NCBI GenBank assembly: GCA_008632985.1
Contig: QPGO01000015.1
Location: 621,998 to 685,997, forward strand
Length of the DNA stretch: 64,000 nt
Origin: Psammoneis japonica
Taxonomy: Eukaryota
Direction of reading: 5' to 3'
The notes beneath the pieces were generated by a model that was not told where the DNA came from, did not search any database, and was given only the letters and a program-made list of their open reading frames with translations. Shown here one piece after another: positions 23,732-35,150 of this stretch. The first letter of the stretch is position 1. Every line of letters begins with the position of its first letter. A program made the translations under genes and the position numbers.

Positions 23732-26700
23732 CCATCCAACACAAAAGCTTTCCTTTTTGCACACAACTTCTGCTGCACCGCCCTGGGAAGTTCGAACTGG
23801 TGCACCATGAACACTTGTTGCAGACGCTTTTTCGCCATGCATTTCACCTCATGTTCCTCATTGCCAAGACACCAATTGAAACACTCAATGTCCTTTGCTG
23901 GCAATGCAAAAGGGTGGTTGGAATCAAAGATCCATCCACGGCGCAAGGCAATGCAGTGGTTGTTCACAAGACGGCACAAAGTTATGAAGTTGTCATTGCA
24001 GGTCGTCACGTCAAATTCACCACCTGCTGCAAGGGAAATCGTTCGATCCACACTGCCGCAAAACTTCATGTTTGAGTTCTTAGGCGGGAATTTTCCCTTC
24101 AAACGACCGTTCAACATGTTCTTTGCAAACAACATGCGCTTGTTGTCAGTGTCAGCATGGTTGGCAGATGTTTGAATGTGAGAAGCAATGCAGTCTCTCA
24201 TTTCCACGTCGCCAGCACAATCAAGAACACTGGCCAGGGAGGAAAAAACGCAAGTGTCGTTTTGTCCTTGCAGGAATTTCACGGGTGGACCGCTCGTCGG
24301 CAAGTTGCTGTTCGATGGCATCAACACGTTTCCTTCCAGCAAGGAGCAACAACCATCCGATGGCTTCAATTCTTTCAAATCTTTCCACACATCTGGAAAC
24401 CGAAACTCAAAATTGCACTCAGCCCAATCCAGGGTTACACACACAGGACGGTTCCCCTCCAAGCTGTGGCCAATGAAATCAGCTCCACGCCCAACAGGTG
24501 GAAGTTTTTGAATCTCCGCTTCAGTCAATCTCTTCAGTTTGGCAATCTGTGGTGGGTTGCAAATCAATTCCACCTTGTTCTTAACATCGTCCCTGCATTT
24601 TCGATTGAGTTGCTGGGGAATGTTTGGTTTGTGTTTGGCACGTAAAATGAGGCCCGCACACGTGTTCATGGGATGGCCGTTCATTTCATTGCATCGCTTG
24701 TCAAACCATGGTTCACACAACATGACGCCCTTGTTTTTCCCTTCAAAGCAACCAAACAAGTGAGGAACGTCTCTTTTGGAATCGCCAGGACACTGACGCC
24801 GGCTGTTCCATTTACTTGGATCAATCCAAATGAGTTTTTTAACCTGCAACATCACTTGAGCATCTTCGCACTCACGCTTGAGTCGATCCCTTTCTTCTTG
24901 GTGTCGCTGCGCTTTGGTCAACCGATGCCATGAAGTGTCTCCTTTTGCCCTTGGTTTTGGGACAGAGCTGCAAAGGCCAATGAGATCCTCATCCTTGTGC
25001 ACTCCAGTTGTTAATTTCAAGGTCTCATGCTCACGTCTGTGTCCAGCATCTCCCACCATCTCCCGCTTCTCTTCTGCAGCTGGGGCTTTCTTCCTCTTGT
25101 CTCTTGCAGCCTTGGCTTTCTCCCTCTTCTCTTGAGCTGCCTTGGCTTTCTCCCTCTTCTCTTTGGCAGTCTTGGCTTTCTCCCTCTTCTCTTCTGCAGC
25201 CACAGAAACTTCTTCCTTGCATTCATCGTCCTCCTCGTCCTCAGTTGCCTCTGGATCTTGCTCCTCCTGGACTTCGTCTTGCACACCGTCATCTTCCTCC
25301 TCTTCCTCCTCTTCCTCAGCCGATTGATCCATGGCCCCATCTTCCTCCTCTTCCTCAGCCGATTGACACATGGCCCCATCTTCCTCCTCCTGGTTTTTGT
25401 CTCGCAGTTGCAACCTTGCAGTGCCAGCCTCTGCCTTTTGCAGGTCATCCGTCTCTTCAGTGCCCTCCTTCCCCTCTTCCTCTTCCTCCTCCTCCACCTC
25501 TTCCTTCAACCCTGCATCACGGGCACTGGCATGATGCATGCAACGATGGCAATGAATCCTTCTGCAAAACTTGTGCCATGCAAGTCCAGGAGCTGCCTTG
25601 CACCAATCAGCAAGGTGAGCAAGCGGCTCTTTGAAACAATCCTTCCTGCTTGGTCTGTCAGGGAAGTGAACTTCAGCCATTTGTTTGTCTTCGGTGATGG
25701 CCTCCACTGACTCGGAGCATCATTGCGGCTTGAAAGGCCTGCACCGCTGGTCTGGCAGACAAGTGCTGCCTCTGTGTTCACCACCAGAGGCAATCCGCAA
25801 CACATGGTTGTGCCACCAACCTACAATGATGTCAAACAAGGCCTCGGATGGCAGTCTGTCATCGGGGTCGAATGGCTCAAATGAGAAAATCCTCCGGCAG
25901 CCACTCATGCAACTCATGAGCACTTTGTGTGGTGCGTTGGTGGGAAGTTTGGGAATGTGGGGATCTTCCTGCATGTCATCATCCGACTGTTCAAGCTTCT
26001 CCCTTTTGTAACACTCGTCATGAAAAACACAATCATCGCTGTGATCCACAATGGGCTTCTTAAACTTCTTGTGGCTGATGCATGGTTTTCGACGTGGCTT
26101 TTCATCCACCTGCTTCCTCTGAGCGATTTCATTTGGAACAGAGCGATGGTCACAGATTGAACCCCAGTGCTGTTTTGCAGATAGAACGGGAGATCTTGTT
26201 TCACATTTGAACTTGATGTCCAACCCCTTCAAAGCCAACATTTCAAAATTGTTCTTCACCCCCTTTGGAGACTTAATTCGCTGCCAACTTTGAAACACGA
26301 CCTCGCCAAAAGGCAGCCACGCATGCTTCTTTACATCTTTGGTCGACTTTTCATCATCGCACAATTCCAGGTTTTGAATGTTGACCAAAGATGCCAAGTG
26401 GAATCGGCACTTGGCAATGCACGAATGATCAGCAATGCATCCTCCTTCAACAAGCGGTTCCTCCCAACAGTCTTTGTCCTTGCGGATCTCTGTTGCAATG
26501 TTCTGATGCTCGGCGCTGGAATGAGGCAATGCCAAAACAATTGCAGAGCTCATTGGAGCAATCCTCTCCTTTACACACAGGGCAACAGTGTTGCCTTGAT
26601 CATTGGTCATGAGATCATCCCAGCCCCAGTGCTTGTGGACGTCCGCCAGATTGGAACAATCACTCATGGTGTCTGTGATGTCCTCAAAACCCATCACTCC

Positions 26701-27438
26701 CATGCAATGAGACTTCAAAGTCTTCTGACAATGAAGATGTGCATCCATCTTCTTGACAACACCACAGCAAATGGCTTGGGCAAGTCCAGTCAAAAAAGGA
26801 CGTGCACCTCAACTCGACAGCATGATCGATTGACTCTCATCGCCCACCCCAGCTGACACAACCAGAGACTCTGTCACACAGATGCAATCAACAAGCAGGC
26901 CAATGTTTGTCTTGACACGATGCATCAAAACAGCAGCAATGCTTTGCTTGTCCTTCACAGCGCCCCTCATCGACATTCCTGATGGCACCACAACCAACAT
27001 GAGGAGGTGCTGGTTCTTGTCCTTGATGTGTTGGTTTGGTTGCGGTCGATTCTCGGAGTTAAATTTTTCACAAAACCAATCGACAACAGTGTTGCGGAAC
27101 ATGTTCCGTGTTTTGGCACTGTTGAACCCATCCAAACCATTCTTGTGATGAAGAACATGAAAGAGAGGGCTCGTCTTCTTTGTTCCACGATCTTCTGTGG
27201 TCAAGATGCTCAAATCTACAAGACCTTGAGGGCACTCGAGGGGATCAACTGCATCTTGGAGAGGCACAGTGTGCCAAGTTTTGGCTTCACCCTGCAGTGG
27301 GTGATGTTCTGCGAGTGCCTGGACGTGACGCTGGACACAAAAGGAAACCTTCAACGTGCTGGAAGAGTCGTCGTTGGCTTGAGGAGAACTGCCACCAACG
27401 GGACGCTGTTGGGAGGCTGCTTTGGCCAACGTGTCCAT
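23728..27438 (-). pseudogene. Element ORF2: GNAT-like domain, acidic/KEKREKAK repeats and papain-like cysteine peptidase (1237 codons if restored)
   Basis: ORFs ending at 26809, 25720 and 23497 are one frame split by TGA at 26809-26811 and 25720-25722. QNDTCVFSSLAS...NHCIAL..WIFDSN is peptidase-like; LVDCICV...G..PFL..LAQ...GF is GNAT-like. Confidence 0.6.
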
Positions 27439-28254
27439 GGCAAATGCACTGCTTTTGCACTCCTGTTTGTACGACAAATGCACTCCAGAGAGGGGGCCAA
27501 CGTCAGTCACCGCGAAAGTGATGCGGATGAACAGAGGCAGCCTCCAAGGCAGCTCCAGATGCTGAAAAGTACAAACAGTGAGCGTCACAGTGAAAACAAA
27601 CCAAGACAAGTTTGTTCCAGTAGAAACTGTCGCTCGGAGAACGCTCGGGCAAACACTGGAGTTTTGTGGAAGTTCCGAAGGCCCTGGTGCAAAACAACCA
27701 TAAAACGACACGTGAGAAGCAACCAGAAAAATGCAGGCGCGCGGTGACGTGTAAAAAAAGCACAACAGAACAACTTGCCGAATTCGAAACGAGAGAACAC
27801 AAAGAGATGGTGTTGTCCACAACAACAGCAACTCTTTAGAGCCGCAATCGCATTGCGACAACAATGACGTAACTTTGAAATGAAAGGAACAGGCGGTTCC
27901 ATGCAACCGCAAGGGCAAAGAGGGGGTTGTGGACCGGTGACAGCGGTGTGATGCATTGTGGCTGGTGTGTGTTGGGTGGACGGCACGTGTTCGTAGAAGT
28001 CAGCATTGTTCTGCGCATTGCCAGAAAAACATTAAATGCCAACTGACACGATTCTTCCTGTGATGCATCATGCACCTCAGTTGTTGCACATGAGCATTGA
28101 CATCACAAATGTGTTGCGTCATTGGAACAATCAATGTTTGCATGAAGCCAAAAAGTGCAAGCTCTGCCGGGTGGAGACAAAAATGTCTGGCACTGAAAAC
28201 TGCGCAGAAAATCTAGCGTGATGAAAAGCAGAGCACCTGGAGCTGGAACAGGCC

Positions 28255-28560
28255 CTCAGCATCGGCGCGACCTTGTCCGAGCCGGCTTCACTCAGCTTTT
28301 CATCCATGCAAACAATTTCCAGCCGCTCATTGAACCACTTGTCAATGTGATCCACAATGTGTTGACAAAATTTTTGGATTGAGATCATCCGCAGTGGAGG
28401 AGGCTGCCGTTCCAATGCTTTCCAAGTCCGAATTGTAGTCGGCGTCGCTGGGGCCGCTCCAGTCACTCTCACATCATCTTTCAATGAAGACCGTGACACT
28501 GTCTCCACACTGTCAAGGCAGAATTGACTCAACACGCATTGCATGTGGGGTTGTGTTTCA
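28255..28560 (-). pseudogene. 5' continuation of the Harbinger-type transposase interrupted by the TIR element
   Basis: Joining across one TSD copy reads ...SDKVAPMLSENRDQMKAMSKK... in frame with ORF 18930-19574. The upstream limit is uncertain. Confidence 0.7.
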
Positions 28561-30000
28561 TCATGGCTGTGACGCTGACTTTTGCGCAAAGTGAAAGCAA
28601 AAATCTGTGTCTCTTCCAAGACAAGAATCAGATTTCTGCAATCAAGAGAGACTGTTGGGAAGTGAAGGAGGTGACAAAAAAGCCAAGGAAGTTCCAAGTG
28701 GCGCAGTTGACTCAACCAAACGAAACAATTTGATGCATGTCAAACTCATGTCAGAGTTAAAAGCTGGTGAGCACAAAGATCTGCTGAAGGCATTGGTCAA
28801 ACAAATGGAGTGGAATGTTTGCAAAACACACAAGGCAAACCGAAAAAAGGCAGCCACATGATGGCTTGAGTCTGCCCCCACCTCCAGACCACACATTGTG
28901 CCAAACAAGGAACAACTGCTGAAGGTGTGCACCCAAGACTGCCACTTTTCATGTCACTGCACACTGCACTGCAGATCTCATGTGGGGCAAAATGCCAAGA
29001 AAGCATCAACTGTGCAGTGCTGCATGGACTGCAACATCTTTGCAAATGCCCTGGCTGGCTGGAAGGTGCCAGGGAAGAGATCGCCATTGCCTCTCTCACC
29101 CAGCCAAAAATTGCTCCTTTCATTGCTGTGTGCTCAAACTGTCTCAAGAATGGATCCAGCATCTTGGCTTGCCTGTGAACAATTTTTGGTTTGCTTTCCC
29201 AGTTGGCAGCAAAACACCACAAGCTTCAGCAGCAAGAAGCCACAGCTGCAAGTGCTGCACATCTGCACATTGTTCACTCCCACTGACATCAAACAGCATG
29301 GAAGTGAGAACAGTTTCCAAAAATGGACAAACCAACAGAGATCTGTTCTGTTGGAAGCTGTTGTCTGTGGCTCTCCAATGTGAATGCCTTGCCCCAAGCT
29401 GCAACAGATCTCTCATGAGAGAAACATTTGAGCTCCATCAATGGCACAGCACCACATTGTGGTGGTGAGGAGAAAAAAGTGGAGGATGCAAGTGTTGAAG
29501 TCATTCTCACTGATTGCAGGGTGCTGATGCAGCCAGGAATGAAGATGCTGTTGTGGAGACAGACCCCCCTTTCATCACAGCATGGTTGCTGACACAACAC
29601 CACAAAAGCACATGGACAGAGCTGTCACCACAGGAGCTGCAAATGAGTGGCTGTGCAAGTGCAACAAAGTCATGGCAGCAAGACAAGAACTTGTTGCACA
29701 ACAGGACTCAGACAATGCAAGAAATGCAAAAGGGAGGGTGTGTCACATGCAAAACAAAGACAGCCAACTGCTGCATGGGGTGTCACATGTGTTGCTGCAA
29801 TGACTCCTCCACAATGAAGGAAGCAGTGTGCAGGAGTTTGCCATGGGCATCATCCTTTGCCATTTGCTGCTGTGACAAACAGCGCATCCAGCCCAGTTGC
29901 ATGTGGGTTCTCCACACCAAACTTTGGCACCAAAACAGAAAGAGAAGAAGTTCACAGATCATTGGCGCCACAAAGCCAATGACTGTGCATCCATTCTAGA
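28560..30000 (+). mobile_element. Highly decayed TE remnant, possibly piggyBac-like
   Basis: C-terminal CVTCKTKTANCCMGCHMCCCND resembles a transposase Cys-rich domain (Tyr read as Cys); TA and CG are both nearly absent. Confidence 0.3.
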
Positions 30001-33000
30001 TGCTTGCTTCCCTCAAGAGCACCACACAGCTCTGCACCCAGCTGCAGGGCACTGCCACAATGATTCTGAAAACAAGCAAACACACACAGCACCAGTTTTT
30101 TAATTCAATGCAAGCCAATCAAGAGTGTTGTCCTTTGCAGTTGACTGCCTTTGCTTGGTGCAACCCCTTTGCACTTTCATTGCATTTTGGTTGGTTGCCA
30201 CACAAGGTTTGTGTGGCACTGCTGTGGACATGTGAAAAACTGCTTTGGAGTCACATGTTGATGAGGATGACCAACAATGCACAAATTTTTGGGCAATTGT
30301 TTGGAAGAACTCAAAATTGCCACATCAACTGTGTGTCCCAACCATCACACAACACAGCCATCAACTGTGACAACAGCCCCCCAGTTGAGCCAGTGCAATG
30401 CTGTGTGATGAGACATGCAACAATGTGCAACAAATGCAAAAATCATGAGAGGCATCAGAGCATCAGAGGCAGTGCAATTCTGCAACAATGTTGGAAAGTG
30501 TTGCAGAAGATTGCAAGAACAAACAGATTTCATGCACAAGCCCTCCCAGGGTTTCTGTGCAATGCACAGATTGCACACCAGCAGCCTCCTCACAGGGGGG
30601 ATCCCATTCACTGCCCCCAACAAACTCTTTCACAGACACAAAATGTTTTTCACAACAATTGCCAGCTTGATGGAGACAGGTTTGGAGGCAGGAGGTTCGC
30701 ACGGTCCTTGATGGCTGCAATCAGGGGAAGGCCATCACACCACCCACAACTTGCTTCAACCAGAGACATTTCACTCAGCCCTCTGACCCAGTTGCTTCCC
30801 ACCACCAAGGGCATCCAATGGTTTTGTCATCTGGCTCCACACCACAAGGCTTGTGGGCATGATGTCATCATTTCCCTTGTCTGGTGCTCCAGTCATGGGG
30901 CGGGGTTGGACGGTCGAGGAGCACGAGAGCCAAAGTGAGCTGCAACATCTCAGTGCAGCCCTTCTGAGTTGCACTGCAAACATGATGAAGCTGGAGAGTG
31001 GTTCACGTGTCCTGCTCTCTTGCTTTTGTTGTTGTCATGATGTGTTGGCTTTTTGTCCCTCGTCCGGCAGCTGAACCCGGAAACCTTGCAAGTGCGTTGG
31101 TTCATTGCAACGCAATGCTTTGCCTGCCATTGCCCATTGTGAATTGCCAATGGTGACTGCGCCACATCTCGCTTGCATTGCTCATGATCGCGACGATGCA
31201 GTGCCGCTTTACCTTGCACTCTAGAGAGCAGACTCTAGAAGCAGCGGGAGTGTCCATTGAGGGCTTGCAGTGCACCAATGTGAAGCAACCCATCGCCCTA
31301 GTCGGCAAAGAAACCATGAGTTCAGCATCATCTGTGCTTGTCCGGGATGATCCTGTTGTTGCCATGAAGCCAAGCCTTCCAAAGTGCGAGAAGTGTTTTC
31401 GCAAAGATGGCGTGATGTCTGGGCATCCCAACCCATTTTCCCCGGATTTTTCTTTTCTCCCATGCGAGACTTTGTTCTTGATCCGACCCTTTGTCGTTTC
31501 TGCCACTCTCGCTTCCCTCTCAGGAGAACGAAGCAATGCCATTGCTGCCCGTGTGTTTCGTGTCATGCTGGCACCAGCACGGCATGTGCGCAACAAGAAG
31601 GTCGACAAAAATGACAACAACGAAGACGGAGTGGGAAGCACGGCAAGGAACTCAATCACACATGTTGGGCCGTCCTCAAAGACTCCAAAGTTCACACCTC
31701 CGTCTGACATGCAAAGTGCTTTTGTGGGTGCCATTGCCTTTGCGTGCAGTGCCATTTCAGATGTTGTGTTGCATCGGCTGCAATGACACCCAAGCAAATG
31801 AAAAAATGGTTCGAAGCCATGACGCAACTTGAAGCTCACCTGTTTGGATGCATCTGGTGTGGGAGATGAGCTTGAAGAGGTTGAAGGTGAGCCAAGACAA
31901 TGTGTGGACAACAGAAGCTGACTCATTCCCGCTTTTTCAATTTTCAGGCCCTCATGAAACCCATGTTGTGAGGGCGTTTGCTTGGTGACATGAAGATCTT
32001 GAACGACATCCAGGAGAAGAATGACGCTGATCGTTGCAAGAAGGCTTGGTCTCGCAATGTCAGCAACATTGATGAAGAAGCCAAAGAAGGAAATCGACAC
32101 AAGAGGTTCACTGCAGCAGGTGAGGCGTGGACGCACACATGTCTTCAATTGTGCTTGTCTGACTTTTGTTGGACTCACTCAACCATCTCCAAAACTCATG
32201 GACACCACTGGTTTATGGAACCGAAATGATTCGGAGCACCATCACAAAGTGGTCAATCCAGAAGATTAAAAGACGGCGATTGCTCGTCACACCAAGACAA
32301 ACATCTCCTGAGGACGTGAAACTCTTGTGCGCAAAGGATGATGGCGATGACTGCCATGTTCTGCACCACTTTGTGCTGTGGACGCAGAAAACGAGTCAAT
32401 CATGTGGTCATTGCGAGTACACTGTCAATTCTGGATCCATCGTGGACATTCAGGGCATGGAATGCAAGCAGCGGGCATTTCTCATGCTGCGTTCTCACTG
32501 CAGGTGCAGAACGAACCCGGTCATGACAGGCGAAACCTGCAAACAAGGAGTCTCAATGGCCCATGGGTGCAGCACGTTCAGTGATCACTTTTACTTTGCA
32601 CCGAGATTGCAGACTTTTTCGCATCCCGTTGGTTTTCTCAACCGCTCAGGCAACTGTGTGAGGCACACCTGAGCATGGGGCATGGCCAAGATCCCGCCCC
32701 CAGGTGTTCCGCACCGGCACATTTTGACAATCGCGAACAAAACCAGTTTTCTCATTGCCAAGCTGCATTTCTTCTTGTTGTGAAACTAAGCCGCCTGGAC
32801 CAGGTAAAGGCAAGCCGGAGCACAGCCACAAGTCACTTGTCTCTCGTGCAGAGCAATGAGCCCTGGTGCATTGCTGAAACTGGGTGCCGCTGCACAACAG
32901 CCGCAGCCGAGAAACTTCGATGGCAGGCACTTGTAGAATCATCTTAAGGCTCTTGATCAATGACGTCATTGTGATGTTCTCCTGCGCTTGACATGTTAAC

Positions 33001-33732
33001 AGGTTGCGCACCTTTCGACAACAGCTTTGATTCTCTCCGCTTCATGAAAGACTGCTGAAGATAAGACGTCTGCTCGTAAAAGCAACAGAGCGTCGAAAAG
33101 AGCAGCGACGGCAACAGAGCACCGCACGCGAGAGTTACAACGGTCAACGCAGTCCATTGACGTACGTGCGGAATGAATGGCACGCAAATGAAGATTGCCA
33201 CACTGCACTTTTAGTCTTTCTACTTCTCTGTTGTAAAGGTTCAAAGTGTGTTTCGAACATTTGAAACACGCCAATGTCAAAAGTTGACAGAAATCGGTTG
33301 CGCAGGATTACATTGCCTCAAGAGCGCCATCATTGGATGGCGCTCAAGCTTTTTCCTATTTTCGGGGTGGAAAACCACCCCAAAAAAAAGAAAAAGGGGG
33401 GTCGTGCTGCGGAGACAGCAAGAGAAACTTGCGAGTCAACCGCATGCTAAATCAACACTCCCTGCGAGTGAAGACTTACCGTGCCACGTCACTGACACGA
33501 CGGAACCCCAAACCCCACGTTCCGTCAATGGCATGATCTGCTCAGCGAGCTTTTGCTGCTTTGCAGACAAACACTGCTGTCTGCTTCAACAGCCGTGACC
33601 TGACGGGTCAAGCGAACAGGCAACTTCCTGCGCTCAAAGACACGAGAGTGTCATGGACTCAAGGCCGGAGAGACGCACTCGATTTGCCCCGACCTCTGGA
33701 CTCAACTGGCAACACCTGCACTGCCATTTGAG

Positions 33733-34026
33733 ACATCACGCCATCAAGCAAAATGAGTTGTGGAACACCAAACAAGAGCAGGCAATTAGAACCAGAGGAA
33801 GGGCGAGCCATCCTTGGGTGTCGCGGCATTCCGGCTTGGCGAACAACAACACCTCGTGCGAGACGACGAGTTGAAAAAGAGAGACAACACACCATCAAGC
33901 AAAATGAGTTGTGGAGTGCCAAACAAATGCAAGGTCTCAATCCAGAGGAAGGGCAAGCCATCCTTTGGCGATGACGGCACTCAGGCTTGGCAAACAACAA
34001 ACACATCGTGCGAGATGACGAGTTGT
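33733..34026 (+). repeat. Two-copy tandem duplication of about 150 bp
   Basis: ccatcaagcaaaatgagttgtgga...tcgtgcgaga(c/t)gacgagttg occurs twice. Confidence 0.9.
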
Positions 34027-34691
34027 GGGATCGAGATCGGAAACGAGCGCAGATTTTGAGATTGGCTGTTTGTGTCGTGACCGTTGCTAAATTTCTCAAT
34101 CACCATTGCTTTTGTGTGCAATGGCAGAATTTGACACTGTGATTTCGCATGTGGAAGATTCGTGGGAGTTCAGTGCTTTCAAAAATGTTGCCAATTCCCA
34201 CGTGCAGTTTACGCCAACCGTCGAAAACGCAAAAGAATGACGAGCGACTGACTGATGAAAAAACTCAAAGAAGTTGACAGAGAGGCAGGGCTCTTGGTGT
34301 GGTTTGTTCCAACACATCACCCAAGTCAGTGGCCAAGCCCGACAGAGCCCTCTGTTCTCTTGTCCAAAGCTCTTTCACAGGGGCAGGGTCTTTGCAGGAG
34401 CAGCAGTGCCATTTGTCCTCATCGTTGGGCAGCGGCGGCACACTGGAAAACTGTGCCAGCCAAAACATTTAGGAAAGGTGCCAGAATCTGAGAAATGTTT
34501 GTGAGACACCACTCAAGACTCAAGCAGAGTTGAGCCAAAGTGACAGCTGGATTGTGCGAAGTGGTTTCAGAGTTGTTGCAGCTCATTTTGCCCCAAGACA
34601 CGTTTTTCAGCCCCAGGCGCGTGTGACACTGGGCCTGCAGAGTTCCAAGTGCGAGCTCCATGGTGCAAGAATTCAACCAATGGATGTGTTT

Positions 34692-34848
34692 GTCTTCAAA
34701 ACAAATGACCAAGTTTGTGGCACAATTGCGCCTCTTGCCACTTGAAGTTTTTGCAAGTGCACCTGCCCTGGACGACTCTGACTGAAGACATTTGAGAATC
34801 GCACTGAAAAAATGTCAAAAGTTGTTGGATGATCACTCAACAAGTGCA
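34692..34848 (+). repeat. Dispersed repeat, copy A (copy B at 51959-52121)
   Basis: Shared ccaagtttgtgg..caattg.gcctcttgccact...aaaatgtcaaaagttgttgga..gatcactcaa.aagtgca. Confidence 0.88.
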
Positions 34849-35150
34849 AGGGCCAAGTCAAGTGTGTGGCTCAATGAAGAGGTCAGTCCCACCAACTCAT
34901 GACCCAACACTTTCCCACAGTGAAAATGGCGGCAGGAGTCTGACAATGACAAAAACACCAGTCAGATGACTTCCACCGCGCCACAACAAGCGCAAGCCCT
35001 TCCTCCTTCTCTCTTCCGTACCACTTACAGACCTCCCAGTTGGGAGTGAGCGCAAGCAAGCCACACAAAAAAAGGCGAGAAAAACGCATACTCCTCGCTA
35101 GACCTAGCTCAAAGCAAGGTGTAACAACGGAGTAAACAGCGCACTCAAAA

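Larger units (their letters stand above)
19595..28254. mobile_element. Complete 8.66-kb TIR DNA transposon
   Basis: Perfect 24-bp TIRs GGCCTGTTCCAGCTCCAGGTGCTC (19595-19618 and reverse complement 28231-28254); CTCA duplicated at 19591-19594 and 28255-28258; removing it restores the host reading frame. Confidence 0.93.
16695..35010. other. TpA-depleted transposon block 1
   Basis: Most 60-nt lines contain no TA; long ORFs lack Tyr and are rich in Cys/His; nested TE remnants. Boundaries approximate. Confidence 0.9.

Noticed and set aside
20037..27438. Alternative genetic code or TGA recoding in the element ORFs
   Set aside because: In-frame TGAs fit CGA->TGA decay, and TA is lost in all frames and in non-coding DNA, so this is mutation rather than recoding.
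30000..33300. Specific TE or gene assignment for this stretch (also 40100-41860 and 47200-49200)
   Set aside because: It appears to be decayed coding sequence, but I recognised no diagnostic motif with confidence.
16700..35000. Many long overlapping six-frame ORFs rich in Cys/His (also at 40-43 and 47.6-52.4 kb)
   Set aside because: A by-product of TAA/TAG loss through TpA depletion, not overlapping genes or metal-binding proteins.
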